DNA of 64,000 nt from Escherichia coli (GTDB taxonomy: Bacteria; Pseudomonadota; Gammaproteobacteria; Enterobacterales; Enterobacteriaceae), in assembly GCF_048403405.1 (NCBI RefSeq), contig NZ_CP183129.1, one strand, 5' to 3'. The notes under the pieces were generated by a model. That model did no database searches. It saw only the letters and a program-made list of their open reading frames with translations, and was not told where the DNA came from. The position numbers and the translations under genes are program-made. This document shows positions 1-14,300 of this stretch, piece after piece; positions within the stretch are counted from its first letter, which is position 1, and every line of letters starts with the position of its first letter.

Positions 1-94
1 CAGTGAATCAGAATGAGGATTCAGTGATTCCTGCTGGATGACATACAAACAGGCTAGGGCAGAAGGTGCGCAAGTTCGTAAGGACTAGCACGGC

Positions 95-654
95 ATGACC
101 GCCATTTTTTATACCATCCTGGAGAAGGAAAACGACACCGGAGAAATTGACCATATCCCGATGCTGAAAACCTTTGTCGTGTTTAATGTCGAACAAATTG
201 ATGGCCTCTCACTGACGGCAGATACCGTTGCCCCACAAGCGACGTTTGACGCGTTGCCACAGGCTGAAAATCTGTTCTGTAACAGCGGTGCTAACATCAT
301 TGAGAAAGGACAAAACGCCTTTTTCATGCCATCAACAGATGAGGTTTTGTTACCTGAACGTCGTTTTTTTCCGATGCCGCTAGCTTTTATGCCACGGATC
401 TGCATGAGATTGTTCACTGGAGCGATGGCAAAAGTCGCCTGAACCGCGAAATGAAAGGAAGATTTAGCAGTGAAAATTATGCATTTGAAGAGTTGATCGC
501 CGAGCTGGGAAGCGTGTTCCTGATGGCGGATCTGGGGATTGTCGGATAGGTTCAGCACGAAAGTTATATTGCTTCTTGGCTGAAAGCACTGAAAAACGAT
601 AAGCGCTATATTTTTAAAGCCGCCAGGCAGCATCGAAAGCGCATCGTTATATGA
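95..654 (+). pseudogene. ArdC-like antirestriction protein remnant (C-terminal zincin-like metalloprotease domain; N-terminally truncated, frameshifted)
   Basis: ORF 95..442 (TAIFYT...KTFVVFNVEQIDGL) aligns with the intact ArdC-like protein at 61927..62901 (TNTVIFKPV...KANPLFNIAQCDDL); out-of-frame continuation to 654 still matches (FEELIAELGSVFL, VQHESYIASWLKALKNDK vs FEELVAEMGSAFL, VNHESYLDSWLRVLKSDK). Stops in all frames within bases 1-94, so no N-terminal domain. Confidence 0.6.
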
Positions 655-1188
655 TGGATAAGGTCTGAACAGAGGAATAAGACGCCGCAAAGGAATGCGG
701 CCTTAACCTTATTTTTGGATCTGGCAGAGTGACATAGATTTCAATTTCCCTGCGAATGCGGACGGTAAAGAGCCCGCTCATCCTGCAAACTACATTTTTA
801 TACTGTTGATAATAGGGTATTCCTTAGTCATGGTAATAAGGCTCAGAAAGCCATATTTAGCTTTCCATAATGGAATATTATCGCCACCTTGAAGAATTCT
901 TTGTTCCGGTTACAGAATCTGCATTTTTATTGAGAGCAAGGGATTTAACCTGCCACGGCGTGGTCAGATTAAGGATGTGGGCATAGAGCGATTTTTCGGC
1001 CATTAATTTGACGCTGATGCTTACTTTAAATTGTTATTATTTTTTGCCCACTTTTTTAATCTTCCATTCGCGTTGGTATAAGGCGAAGATGTATTAAATG
1101 AGATCATTCGGCCCATCGTCCATTTTTTGTATCATGGTTCACCATACAAAACATCATCAGTTCGTTCATCAATAAGCTTTTGTAGTGG

Positions 1189-3315
<2,127 letters not shown>

Positions 3316-3341
3316 AGGATAATGCGCTCTGAGTTTCCCGA

Positions 3342-3701
<360 letters not shown>

Positions 3702-3802
3702 TCACGATGGTGAATATTGTCTTCTTTCAGCGCACGCAGGGCATCTGTTAATACGGCGTAATTCAGAGACGGAATCATGATTTCGGACCTTCCTTAAACA
3801 CT

Positions 3803-3991
3803 TCAGCGGTTGGCTAATTTGAGGTTGATCCATTCATCAATTTCAGATTCGAGCCAGGCTACGCTGGCAGGGCCAACCTTTATTATTGAACGAGGAAAAG
3901 AGCCCCCTTTCATATACAGATAGATTTGCGAGCGTTTCAGACCGGTTTTTTCTTCGACCTGTTTCAGGCGTAATAACTGATGTGATGTCAT
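3803..3991 (-). CDS. alpA: AlpA-family island/prophage transcriptional regulator
   Basis: 62 aa from ATG at 3989-3991: MTSHQLLRLKQVEEKTGLKRSQIYLYMKGGSFPRSIIKVGPASVAWLESEIDEWI...; MerR-like HTH typical of AlpA. Its TGA stop coincides with the first 3 nt of the IS3 terminus. Confidence 0.8.
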   Translation of the reverse strand: MTSHQLLRLKQVEEKTGLKRSQIYLYMKGGSFPRSIIKVGPASVAWLESEIDEWINLKLANR

Positions 3992-4122
3992 GATTTTCTC
4001 CAGTGTAGAGTGGGGTTGGAGAAGATAAAAAAGCATAAGCGAAGGTGAAGAAGAAAGCACGTAAGCCCGTATTAAGAGTTTTTGAGTTCTTAATACGTAT
4101 TTCAGTATAATGGTGAGTTAAA

Positions 4123-4365
4123 TCAATAAGGCACTGAAGTGGGAGAACCGCGTTCAAGTGCTGTTTTCAGTGTATCGCCGCTGAATTTGTCAGTAATACC
4201 TTCGGTAGATGCCCATTGTTCGAAAATGGATAAAAGCTTGTAAGGTTTTCCTAGTAATGGACTGATGACTTCATTATGTTTACATGAAAGCCAGAAAAGA
4301 CGAGATAAAGGGCTGGATATGCGTGTCGATGTTGGAGTGTGTTTAATATTTACATAGGCATTCAT
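4123..4365 (-). CDS. hypothetical protein
   Basis: 80-aa ORF in moderately AT-rich DNA next to alpA; no recognisable motif. Confidence 0.3.
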   Translation of the reverse strand: MNAYVNIKHTPTSTRISSPLSRLFWLSCKHNEVISPLLGKPYKLLSIFEQWASTEGITDKFSGDTLKTALERGSPTSVPY

Positions 4366-5212
4366 CAGCTTTTGTAGTTCAGTCAGGCGAATTACAAAAC
4401 AGGAATCTTGTGGTAATTTATAAATAGGGAAATATTCTTTGTCACTGGATTTATGAGTTTCATTCGATTAATGTTGTTATAAATCTCAGATTTTAGTTCT
4501 TCAGGTAATTACATTAGTTGTTGGCTAATTAGTTCTTTTCATGTTATTTTCTCAAACGCTTGAAATAGAGTTCTTGATAATAAAACTGAAATGCCATAAT
4601 TAATACATTGATTGCCTGTGATTGGTGGTGATATATTGATTGAGTGCGCCAGTAAGTGTTGAATTGTTACGAATTCATACCCGATCAGAGTGGTATCAAT
4701 GACCCATTTTTTTAGAATGAATATATTTATCTTGAGTGAGTGTGGTATAATTTATATGTTTAATGAAACAATGTGTATCAAGATAGCATAAACGATCTGT
4801 GAGAGAGTTTCCTATTTTTTTCAATTTAATTTTATTCTTAATTTTTGTGACTTTCCTTAATATAATTGTAGATTGAAAGTATATAGATAAATAAATGTTT
4901 CAAGATAGCGCATGGCGATAAACGTCGCTGTCGGTTAATTGTTTCTCTGTTTTTTTCTGGTTGGCTAGGTATACAGCTTCAGGTATGGTTAACCAATCGG
5001 ATTTATTTTTAATAATAGTATTTTTTGTTTTATTGTTAAACATAATTTTTCCTTATTTATATGAGTGCTAATATATTGATGGTTTTTTATAATTTATTCG
5101 TGTTTTGGTGTGAATATATGAATTGAATTGTCATATCTTTTATATGACCTATAGTCAGTCAAATAATACTTAAAACTAACTGTTAATATATAATTTCATT
5201 GTGGTCGTATAA

Positions 5213-5962
5213 CTATAATAAATGATGTGGCAGGTTGCTTTTTATATCACCCCATGTTAAGAATTTATAGTTAAATGGATGGTGATATGTGATTATGGAT
5301 ATTTTATAGCTATCTAATATTGATTTGGTAATATATGAAAGATGAGCAGAGTAATGCTGTTCTATAAAATATAATTTATCAAATTGATCTCTCTTTATAT
5401 AAAAATCTAAATTCTTAATGATTTCTTCTGATAATCCAATGCCTCTTGATTTAATATAGGCTTCTTTTAATGTCCACATCTTATAGAAATTATGTTTTTT
5501 TTGAGTCTCGTCAAAATAAGATAGGTATTTTTTTTCTTTTTTTGAGAAATAATAATCTATAATGCTATTTATTTCTATATCACGGTTGAAATATTCAATA
5601 TCAATACCAACGGATGATGTATTTGAAATAGCGAGAGCAACACAATTATTTGAATGTGATAAATTGAAGTAAATGCTTTCCTTTGATTCGTTTAAAATAA
5701 ATGGTTTCCCGTACTCATTTTTTGAAAATCTTACATCTTCTGGTGAAATTTTTAAATAAAATGATAAAATATCGCGTAACATGACTCTTGATAGCAAAAA
5801 AATATTTCGTTGTTTTATAAAAGGGTAGTCGAATAACGATGAAATTTCATCGTTATTTAAGATGTGCATTCTGGATTTAGCTTTACTTAAACATGGTATC
5901 GTTTGTAGATTACCAATCCAGATATGCACCTCATTATCTATAAACAAGTTGCTATTACTCAT
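5213..5962 (-). CDS. nrpG: Sfp/EntD-type 4'-phosphopantetheinyl transferase
   Basis: 249 aa with PPTase signature motifs (GKPF...FNLSHS, VGIDIE, WTLKEAYIK); last gene of the siderophore operon. Symbol assigned by recalled gene order of the Proteus nrp locus, unverified. Confidence 0.8.
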   Translation of the reverse strand: MSNSNLFIDNEVHIWIGNLQTIPCLSKAKSRMHILNNDEISSLFDYPFIKQRNIFLLSRVMLRDILSFYLKISPEDVRFSKNEYGKPFILNESKESIYFNLSHSNNCVALAISNTSSVGIDIEYFNRDIEINSIIDYYFSKKEKKYLSYFDETQKKHNFYKMWTLKEAYIKSRGIGLSEEIIKNLDFYIKRDQFDKLYFIEQHYSAHLSYITKSILDSYKISIITYHHPFNYKFLTWGDIKSNLPHHLL

Positions 5963-5974
5963 TGCATTTGGCTA

Positions 5975-7702
5975 TTAGCATAACGCTTTCTGTTGTAACC
6001 ATAAATGTGCATATAAGCCATTTTTTGCAAGTAACTCAGCATGTTTTCCTTGTTCTGCTATTTTTCCATTTTCCATTACGATAATGTTATCGGCATTTTT
6101 AATGCTATTTAATCGATGGGCAATCATAATGATTGTCTTATCTTTTGATAACAATGATAAAGCTTGTTGAATTAATACTTCTGATGAACAATCGATACTC
6201 GATGTTGCTTCGTCAATCAGTAAAATTGGTGCATTTTTTAATAAAGTTCTAGCAAGAGAAAGACGTTGACGTTCTCCACCTGAGAGTAACATACCACCGT
6301 AACCAATAGGAGTATCATAATTTTGTGGTTTTTGTATAATAAACTCATGTGCATTAGCTAATTTAGCTGCAGTTATTATTTCATCATCGTGAGCATCTGT
6401 TTTTCCCATTAAAATATTATCTTTAATTGTTCCTGAAAATAAAACGACATCTTGATAAACAGAAGATACATATGAACAGAGTTTATCGGAATTTATTTGG
6501 TTAATATTAATATCATCTAGCAATATTTCACCTTGGTTAACATCCCATAGACGAGAAATAAGCTGTAGTAAAGTGCTTTTCCCTGAGCCACTAGGGCCAA
6601 CAATAGCAGTAAAGCTTTTTTCAGGAAAACAGCAAGATATATTATCTAATGTTAATTGACTATTATAAGGATAAATAAAGCTTACATTGTTAAAATAGAT
6701 ATCTGTTCTTATTGGTAATTGAGTATATTTAGGCTCAGAAAGTGGAACCACTTTCATTACTTCTTCTATGCGTTGTAATGATTTTTGTGCATAATTTAAC
6801 AACATACTGGATAATCCTAAATCAAAGAATTGTCGATAAATGGGGAGTGCTAATACAAGGAAAAAAACGAATTGAGAAGGAGAAAGTGAGCCACTAATTA
6901 AACGGCTTGTTCCTATTATCATTAATAAAATAAAACCTGATTCAAGAATAAAACCATAAAGTGCAATCCAAGGGGCAGGCTTGGAATCTAGAACTATTTG
7001 GGTTTTATTTTGTGTTTCTAAGGCTGCTTTTAGTTTTTTCCATGCAGGACCAAGTCGCCCAAAACTACGAATAACCATAATTCCTTGGATATAATCGAGT
7101 AATTCGGATTGTACATTGGCATTAGCATCAGCTGCCTGTTGTGCAGCTTTTAACATTATTTTATGGCTTATGGATAATGCGAACAGAGCGATTGGAATAG
7201 AAAATAATATAATTAAAGTGAGTTGCCAATCTACCCATACTAAGAATAGTGAGAGAAAAACAGGCATCGCTAAAGTACTGATAAACATTCCTAAGAAATG
7301 TGACCAGATATTTTCAATGATCTCTAAATCAGCAGTAAGCCGTGATGCAAGATCACCACTGCGTTGAGAAGAAAACCAGCCAATCGGGATTTTTCGTAAA
7401 TGATCGGCTATTCTTAGACGGGCTTGTCCCATCATTTTATAAGCACCAATAAAAATCATTGGCATACTATAAGTACCAATGACAATACGCAGAACAATAG
7501 ATAAGAGTATTGATAAAAAGTAATAAAATAACTGAGCTAGTGTGATTTTATTGGCAAAAAGATCAATTAATAAAAAATAGAGTAGAATATACGGAATAGT
7601 AGCAAAAAGACCTTCAACTACGGCAAGGCATAGACCCACCATTAAATCTTTATCTTTTTTATTAGAAAGCAAATAACCTGATTTAATTAATTCTTTAATC
7701 AT
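5975..7702 (-). CDS. nrpB: ABC transporter, fused permease/ATP-binding protein (YbtQ/YbtP-like)
   Basis: 575 aa; N-terminal multi-TM domain, Walker A GPSGSGKST, ABC signature LSGGERQRLSLAR, Walker B ILLIDEATS. Symbol by recalled locus order. Confidence 0.8.
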   Translation of the reverse strand: MIKELIKSGYLLSNKKDKDLMVGLCLAVVEGLFATIPYILLYFLLIDLFANKITLAQLFYYFLSILLSIVLRIVIGTYSMPMIFIGAYKMMGQARLRIADHLRKIPIGWFSSQRSGDLASRLTADLEIIENIWSHFLGMFISTLAMPVFLSLFLVWVDWQLTLIILFSIPIALFALSISHKIMLKAAQQAADANANVQSELLDYIQGIMVIRSFGRLGPAWKKLKAALETQNKTQIVLDSKPAPWIALYGFILESGFILLMIIGTSRLISGSLSPSQFVFFLVLALPIYRQFFDLGLSSMLLNYAQKSLQRIEEVMKVVPLSEPKYTQLPIRTDIYFNNVSFIYPYNSQLTLDNISCCFPEKSFTAIVGPSGSGKSTLLQLISRLWDVNQGEILLDDININQINSDKLCSYVSSVYQDVVLFSGTIKDNILMGKTDAHDDEIITAAKLANAHEFIIQKPQNYDTPIGYGGMLLSGGERQRLSLARTLLKNAPILLIDEATSSIDCSSEVLIQQALSLLSKDKTIIMIAHRLNSIKNADNIIVMENGKIAEQGKHAELLAKNGLYAHLWLQQKALC

Positions 7703-9461
7703 TATTATTCTCCTGGATTAATTGCCAATGAATAGTGTGACTATAATCATTCCATAATTTTTGATAGGTTGGGCATTGGTTTAATAAATGGGTGTGTGTA
7801 CCTGTATCAATAATCTTTCCATTATCAAGCACAATAATTTTATCTGCGTTAATAATAGTATGTAGGTTATGAGTGATCATAATAACAGTCCGATTCTGGC
7901 ATAGACTCTTTAATGCGCGATAGATCAAAATTTCATTTTCAGCATCAACATTGGCAGTAATTTCATCGAGAAGTAGGATTGGAGAGTTTTTTAATAGTGC
8001 TCTTGCAATTGATAATCGCTGTTTCTCTCCACCTGAAAGTTTATTTCCTTGTTCACCAATTAATGTATTATATCCTGCTGGGAGTTTTTCAATAACATGA
8101 TGAATATTGGCTGCTTTAGTTGCTTTGATAATATCCTCAAATAAGGCATTAGGATTTGCTATGAGTAAATTTTCTAAAATAGTTCCATGAAATAGATATA
8201 CATCTTGAAAAACAACACTTATTTGAGAAAGTAAATCAATTTCTGGCCAGTAGTTGATATCATATTGACCTATTTTTATTTGGCCAGAAGTACAATCATA
8301 AAAACGGGGAATTAGTTTTAATAATGAGGATTTTCCTGCACCACTGTGGCCTACAATTGCAGTTGTTGTACCCGCTTGGGCATTAAAACTAATTTTCTCT
8401 AATATCGGTTTATCACCATGATCCAAACAGACATCTTTAAAAGTAATATCGCTATTTTTAGGGAGAGTAAAATGTTTATCATGTTGTTTATGCTCTGAAA
8501 GTTCAAGGATCATACTGATATGTTTTAAGGTTTGTTTTCGTTGAGCTTGTTCTCCTAGCACAAATGTTAGTCGTAATAACGGCGCAAGTACGAGGGGGGA
8601 TGTCATTAAAAATAAAATATAAGTAGATAAATCAATATTTTGATTCAAATACATCCACCCACCTACTGGTGCTATAATAACGAGATTCGCTGTTAATATC
8701 CCACTAAATACCATCCAAGAGCCTGTACTAGCTTTGACATTATTTTTTATCCATTTAACAGAGGAATTGATAGATTGAGATAATTTACCAAAAGTATGGG
8801 AGGTTAAGTTAAACGCTTTTATTTCTCGTATTCCTTTAATATATTCTCCTATTTCATTAGCAATTTTTTTCTGAATATTCATCCACTCATTGGTTTGTTT
8901 ATTGGCTCGACGCAACATAAGAAGTTGAGCCATAAAAGCAATGGGTAATGGGGTTAGAGATAATAAGGCAAGAGGCCAATTTACATAAAAAAGTAATATA
9001 ATAGCGATAAAGGGAGTCACTATGGCTGAGACGAGATCAGGTAGCATATGTGCGAAAAAACCTTCTAAGCTTTTTATATCATCATTGATAATACGTCGCA
9101 GATTTCCACTGCCATATTGAGCAAAAAATGATAATGGTACTTTACTGATTTTTTTAGCTATTGCGAGTTGTAATTGATGCTGAATATAAAAAGCACCCCG
9201 ATGTGCGGCAATATGACTTATTGCCATTAATCCCCAACGTAAAATTAAAATAATCACAGTGATATAAACTAGATTATTTATTTGTTGAATATTAGGTGAT
9301 GTTGAAAAACAAATCTGGCTGATTTTATAGATGATCCATAATGGTGCTAAACTTAGCATTGTTGAGATTATTGCCATAATAATGCCACTAATCAGAGGGA
9401 GTGGGGCTAATTTTATTAAAATACGAAAGTTAAGTGGCAAAGTATCAATTGTTTTATTCAT
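7695..9461 (-). CDS. nrpA: ABC transporter, fused permease/ATP-binding protein (YbtP/YbtQ-like)
   Basis: 588 aa; TM domain, Walker A GHSGAGKSS, signature LSGGEKQRLSIAR, Walker B LLLDEITA; overlaps downstream ABC gene by 8 bp. Confidence 0.8.
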   Translation of the reverse strand: MNKTIDTLPLNFRILIKLAPLPLISGIIMAIISTMLSLAPLWIIYKISQICFSTSPNIQQINNLVYITVIILILRWGLMAISHIAAHRGAFYIQHQLQLAIAKKISKVPLSFFAQYGSGNLRRIINDDIKSLEGFFAHMLPDLVSAIVTPFIAIILLFYVNWPLALLSLTPLPIAFMAQLLMLRRANKQTNEWMNIQKKIANEIGEYIKGIREIKAFNLTSHTFGKLSQSINSSVKWIKNNVKASTGSWMVFSGILTANLVIIAPVGGWMYLNQNIDLSTYILFLMTSPLVLAPLLRLTFVLGEQAQRKQTLKHISMILELSEHKQHDKHFTLPKNSDITFKDVCLDHGDKPILEKISFNAQAGTTTAIVGHSGAGKSSLLKLIPRFYDCTSGQIKIGQYDINYWPEIDLLSQISVVFQDVYLFHGTILENLLIANPNALFEDIIKATKAANIHHVIEKLPAGYNTLIGEQGNKLSGGEKQRLSIARALLKNSPILLLDEITANVDAENEILIYRALKSLCQNRTVIMITHNLHTIINADKIIVLDNGKIIDTGTHTHLLNQCPTYQKLWNDYSHTIHWQLIQENNND

Positions 9462-9479
9462 ATATATTACCTAATCAAT

Positions 9480-10253
9480 TTAATCATTGATAAATTGGTG
9501 ATAAAAATCAATAATAAAACGACAAAAAGTATTTGGGCGTGTAATTGGATAAAAGTGATCTCCAGCGATGCAATTAATAGTGCAATGCTTATCTATCCAA
9601 TCTTGCCATGCTTCAACTTCGTTTTTATCAGCTTCACTATCATGACTACCATACATTAATAAAACAGGGGTATGAAAAAGCCGTTTAGTGCTTTTTTGAA
9701 AAAAATAACGCTCGGTAGCAAGGAAATCAGCACGTAATAATGGCATAAACTGTTTTAACAACTGTGGCTGCTTGATTAATTCAGCATCACATCCACCAAT
9801 GGCAATTAATTGTTGAATAAAGTCATCATCATTTAAATCACTCAGTAATCTCCTTGCTTGAATATGAGGAGCTTGGCAGCCTGATAATATTAGTCCAGAT
9901 AATTCCCAGCCATTTTTTTCTAATTGAATAGCAGTTTCAAAGGCAACTTGGGCCCCCATACTGTGACCGCAAAGTAATAATGAATTATGCCGTGGTGGAT
10001 AAAATTTCTTTATTATTGTTATTAATTCATTGGCTAATAACCCAATATCATTAAAGGCTGGTTCTTTAAATCTGCAACCATGGCCAGAGTAATTAACTAA
10101 TTGACAATTTAACCCTGAAATATCGGTAGATCTCCACGAGTTAAATGCACTATTACTGGCACCAGCAAATGGGCAAACCAATAGGTTAGCATTGTCTTTA
10201 TTTACATTTTGCTCATTTAAAGGAGTAATATATTTGGGAGATTGTTTTATCAT
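9480..10253 (-). CDS. nrpT: type II thioesterase (YbtT-like editing thioesterase)
   Basis: 257 aa alpha/beta hydrolase with GHSMG nucleophile elbow (LLLCGHSMGAQVAFE); start codon overlaps the stop of the upstream reductase gene. Confidence 0.8.
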   Translation of the reverse strand: MIKQSPKYITPLNEQNVNKDNANLLVCPFAGASNSAFNSWRSTDISGLNCQLVNYSGHGCRFKEPAFNDIGLLANELITIIKKFYPPRHNSLLLCGHSMGAQVAFETAIQLEKNGWELSGLILSGCQAPHIQARRLLSDLNDDDFIQQLIAIGGCDAELIKQPQLLKQFMPLLRADFLATERYFFQKSTKRLFHTPVLLMYGSHDSEADKNEVEAWQDWIDKHCTINCIAGDHFYPITRPNTFCRFIIDFYHQFIND

Positions 10254-11341
10254 TATTTTCTCCGTCCACTACTTTTGGTGAAGTTCATTCGCTTAAATGG
10301 CGCAATTGTGCCATCAATGGCTTTACCTGCTGTTTGCAATGTTTTTATCCATAATTGAGATAAAGCTAATTGGTAATGGGGTTGTAAAATCATTGGTTTT
10401 TTATCATTAGGTAATTGCCAGCATTTATCTATCTCTGCCAGTAAGTAATTAATAGCTTCTGGTGCTTCACATTCCATCACATCCTGCCAACTATTTGGTG
10501 GAGTATGAAATGAATGAAACAGTGGTTCATCAAGCTCCATCGTGGCAGGAGATTGATACATGGCTTTTTTACTATCTTGGTGATGATGAATATAAAGCGC
10601 ATTATTCCATTCTACTGGCCCATAACTTCCAGCGAGAGTTAAATAACCAGCTGGCCAGCCTAATATCATATGATGCATCACGAGGCTATGCTGATCAGGA
10701 TCGTTAGATGACAAATGTTTTTGTAGGCATAAAAGCAAATCACCAGTAGGGTTGGATAGTCGTAGAAATTGTAGCGGGGTATTATCTTTTTCTAATGTGA
10801 CTGTAATATCATTAGGGTGTAATTTCATTGCTTGGCAATATATATCTAAGGCGGAATAAATTAATTGCCTGCTTGTGATAATTTGTCCCCACACTGGTCG
10901 TTGTTGTATTTGCTGATATATCTTCTGTGTGTTTTCTATCCATAAACGTCCTGCTTTATTATGTGGATAGAGGCTGTTAACGATATAGTGGCAATGCATT
11001 TTTTCTGCTAATGATTGTAGTCTGGTAATTTCATCAGGATGTACAGGATGTTCCTGTACAACCGAGATCCCCCGTTGTAAAAATGCTTGCGCAAGTTGGC
11101 TACCTTCGCCACCAACAATGGCTGATCGCACAACAATACAAGCTAGATCTATTTTTTCAGGTAGTTGATCAAATCGAGTAAAAAGTGGAATACCGAATGC
11201 TTTAGATAATTCTCGAGAACGAGTGCTACCTTTGGAAAAAAGGCCAATAAGATGCCATTTGTCTTGAGGTTGTATAAATGCATTGAGATAAACCTCTCCA
11301 AATTTACTGCCTACAATCACCACTTTTTTTGCCGGTTTCAT
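10253..11341 (-). CDS. nrpU: thiazolinyl imide reductase (YbtU/PchG-like)
   Basis: 362 aa; N-terminus MKPAKKVVIVGSKFGEVYLNAFIQP...IVVRSAIVGGEGSQLAQAFLQRGISVVQEHPVHPDE closely parallels YbtU/Irp3 (recalled). Confidence 0.8.
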   Translation of the reverse strand: MKPAKKVVIVGSKFGEVYLNAFIQPQDKWHLIGLFSKGSTRSRELSKAFGIPLFTRFDQLPEKIDLACIVVRSAIVGGEGSQLAQAFLQRGISVVQEHPVHPDEITRLQSLAEKMHCHYIVNSLYPHNKAGRLWIENTQKIYQQIQQRPVWGQIITSRQLIYSALDIYCQAMKLHPNDITVTLEKDNTPLQFLRLSNPTGDLLLCLQKHLSSNDPDQHSLVMHHMILGWPAGYLTLAGSYGPVEWNNALYIHHHQDSKKAMYQSPATMELDEPLFHSFHTPPNSWQDVMECEAPEAINYLLAEIDKCWQLPNDKKPMILQPHYQLALSQLWIKTLQTAGKAIDGTIAPFKRMNFTKSSGRRK

Positions 11342-14300
11342 TAATTACCTCCTTCGGATGGATATCCGTTATTAGAAAGTTTTTGTTGCACCCACTGATC
11401 AATGATTTCGGCCAGATGTGTGCTGGTAGCGCGATCTTGCAGTATTGACCAGTGCTCCCCTGAAAAATAGTGATGTTGGGTATGTGGCGGTAATCGTTGG
11501 TACCACTCTTTTTCAGGTGATGTCCATTCTGTTGGGTGGTTGGTGGCTTCCAGCCATAAACAGGCGATATCATCAGATAATGGTAGGTCACTTTCAGGTA
11601 GGAATGACATAAGTCTTTTAGTGCATGCAAGCTGCTTATTTTCATCTGATGAACTATCTGAGTCATCATGACAAAATTTAATAAAATCATGTCGATAGAC
11701 GGGATCTATTAATACTAATAATACGGAATGATTTTGTTGCGAGAGTTGTTCTGCAAGGTAACTGGCAATAAAAGCACCATATGACCAACCAATAAGAATA
11801 TAAGGGCCAGTCTGTTGTGCTGTTTTTATGCTAGATAAATGTAATGATAACAATGTATCCAAATCAGTTAGTTTTGAAGCATCTGTAACTGTTAATCCCC
11901 ACACTGTATTATTTAACGACTCAGCAAGAGGTAGGTAAACACCGGGATCACCATCAGAAGCATGTACCATAAAGTAGTGGTAAGGTTTTGGAGCAGATAC
12001 AGCGCTTAGAGGTATCAAAGAGGAGTACTCTCGTTGAGATTGCTTTTCCTGCTCTAAATGAGCACAAAAATCGGCTAAGCATGGATAGGTAAAAATCTGT
12101 TGTAATGTTGCTGGATATCCCCGTTGATGTAATTGGCTGATCATTTTGGTTGCAATCAAACTATCTCCTCCAGAACGGAAGAAATCATTTGTACTATTGA
12201 CCTCACGACCTAATAACTCAGACCATAATGCAATGATTTCATTAATCATATTGGTTGGTACATCAGGTATTGCAACAGGTTGTATCTGTTCATTTAGCTC
12301 TTGAGCGGATGATGTTGCTATGCCATTAAGGGTTGCTTCAATATTTTCACATTGGAACAACTCAAAAGAGTCGATATTCTGATCAAGAGAATGAGATAAA
12401 TAATCACGTAATTTACCTAAATAAGGTTTTCCTCCACGAGTGGGAGAGGCTAAAAAGAGTGTTTGTCGCAAAGATGAGGAATCTGTTTGGGGCCATTGAC
12501 CAATAGTTTCAAAACCAGTATTGATTAAAATATCATGCCAACTTTCACTATCAAGCATCGCTTTATTCGTCAATATACGCTTATCTTGATATGCACTTAA
12601 TCCCTCAATAAAGCCAACAGTCGCCATTTGCATAGCACTTTGACACTCGGTTGCTTCGATAAATAATAAATAGCCTTGAGGTTTTAACAGGCTTCTAATC
12701 CGTTTTAGTGCGTGGCCGATATGTGATGCATCATGTAATACATTAGATGCAATGATCAGATCATAGCCATTATCTGGATGATGAGAAAATTGTATTGGTG
12801 CATTAATATCAAAGAGTTGATAGCGCATTTCTCCTACAGCAGTGAATTTTTTTCGCGCTTTATCAAGGAAGTAATGTGATATATCAGTAAAGGTGTATGA
12901 GTAATGCGTATTCTTAAGTACTGCGACTATACCTTGAGTGGTAGCTCCTGTACCTGCCCCTATTTCTAAAATATTGAGTGAAGATGTTGCACCAACCATT
13001 GCACTAACAATATCTTTTGCACATTGATTTAAATAATTTAGTGCAGGGTGTTTGGCGTATAGTGCTGTGGTAATTTCATCTGAATTAAAAAGTAGTGAAA
13101 GAGGAGAAACCTTACCACTAAAGAGTAATTCATGTTGGGTTAGTGATTGTTCAAGGTAATCCCAAAGTACATATTCCCAATCATTAACAGGTTGTTGAAA
13201 TACTGGGGCAGATAAACATAAGTTAATAAACTGTGTTGTGGCATAAAACTGATCACCCTCTTTGGTTAATAAGTGATGCAGGCATAATAAATCTAGCCAC
13301 TGACTAAGTAGCCTCTCATACTGAGGCTTTGCTTTTAAACGAGCCACTATTTCAGCTAGGGTGATTGGTGTGTTTAGCTCGGTAAAAAGAGCATTTCGAT
13401 ACAGTGTGTGACATATGCCATACCGTGCTCGTTCCTCAAATCGTTGCCAACTCTTTTCAATAATGTCACTGAGTGAAGCTGATGGCGAAAGTAAATTAGG
13501 TAACCAATTGGGCTGTTTAATAACGGATAGTGGAATATCAGAAGAGGCTTCAAACAGTAATTGTAGAGGAGGCTCTACTTTCGTATCGTCTTTTACCATT
13601 ACCATAGCATGAGCACGTTTGATTTGCGGATGATTTTCCAATGTTTGCTCGAGTTGTTGATAGCGTGATTGGAGGTGATTATCTATTGCTAAATGTTGAT
13701 ATGAAGGAAGTTGCGCAATAATCTTATCAACTGATTGATTATTATCTTCATCTTGGCATAATTGAGTGATCAAGCTTTGATAATCAGAGAACATCATTGT
13801 TAATAAACCGTCAGCAAAGATGTCATCCATGCAGAACCAATTTAATGTTAGCCCCTCTTTTCCTTCCATTACTTGGTGATCTAACCAAACTTGAGGTGTT
13901 TGCGCGAAGCTATATACGGGTTGGCCGAAAAGCTGATTTAATGCTTCATCAATATTGTCACCATCTAGTGTCATACCTAACATGCTAGTAAATACAATAG
14001 GTAACAGAGATTGGCTACTATCCCCTTTATAGCGTCCCCATTCACGTAAAATCTCTACACCATTTACTTGGGACTTACTTAAATGTTGCCAAAGTCTGCG
14101 CTGTATTTTTGCCATTGACTCATTTAATGTACAGTCGTTATCTAGATAAATATCTATAGGGAGTACAGAGGTAAAATCACCAATAAGTTGTGTAACATCT
14201 GGGTGCCATGGTTGACGATTAAAGAAAGTTAAGTTTAGTGTAAAGGCTGGGTATTTTGTCCAGCGACCTAAAACTAAAGCAAAAAGTGTTAAAAGCCCTG

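Noticed and set aside
5..20. 16-nt match AATCAGAATGAGGATT between the window start and 60591-60606
   Set aside because: Too short to be meaningful; at 60591 it is just the RBS/start context of the 60615 gene.
109..690. 193-aa minus-strand ORF overlapping the ardC-like remnant
   Set aside because: Antisense to recognisable ArdC-homologous sequence, no RBS, no known motif; most likely a chance open frame.
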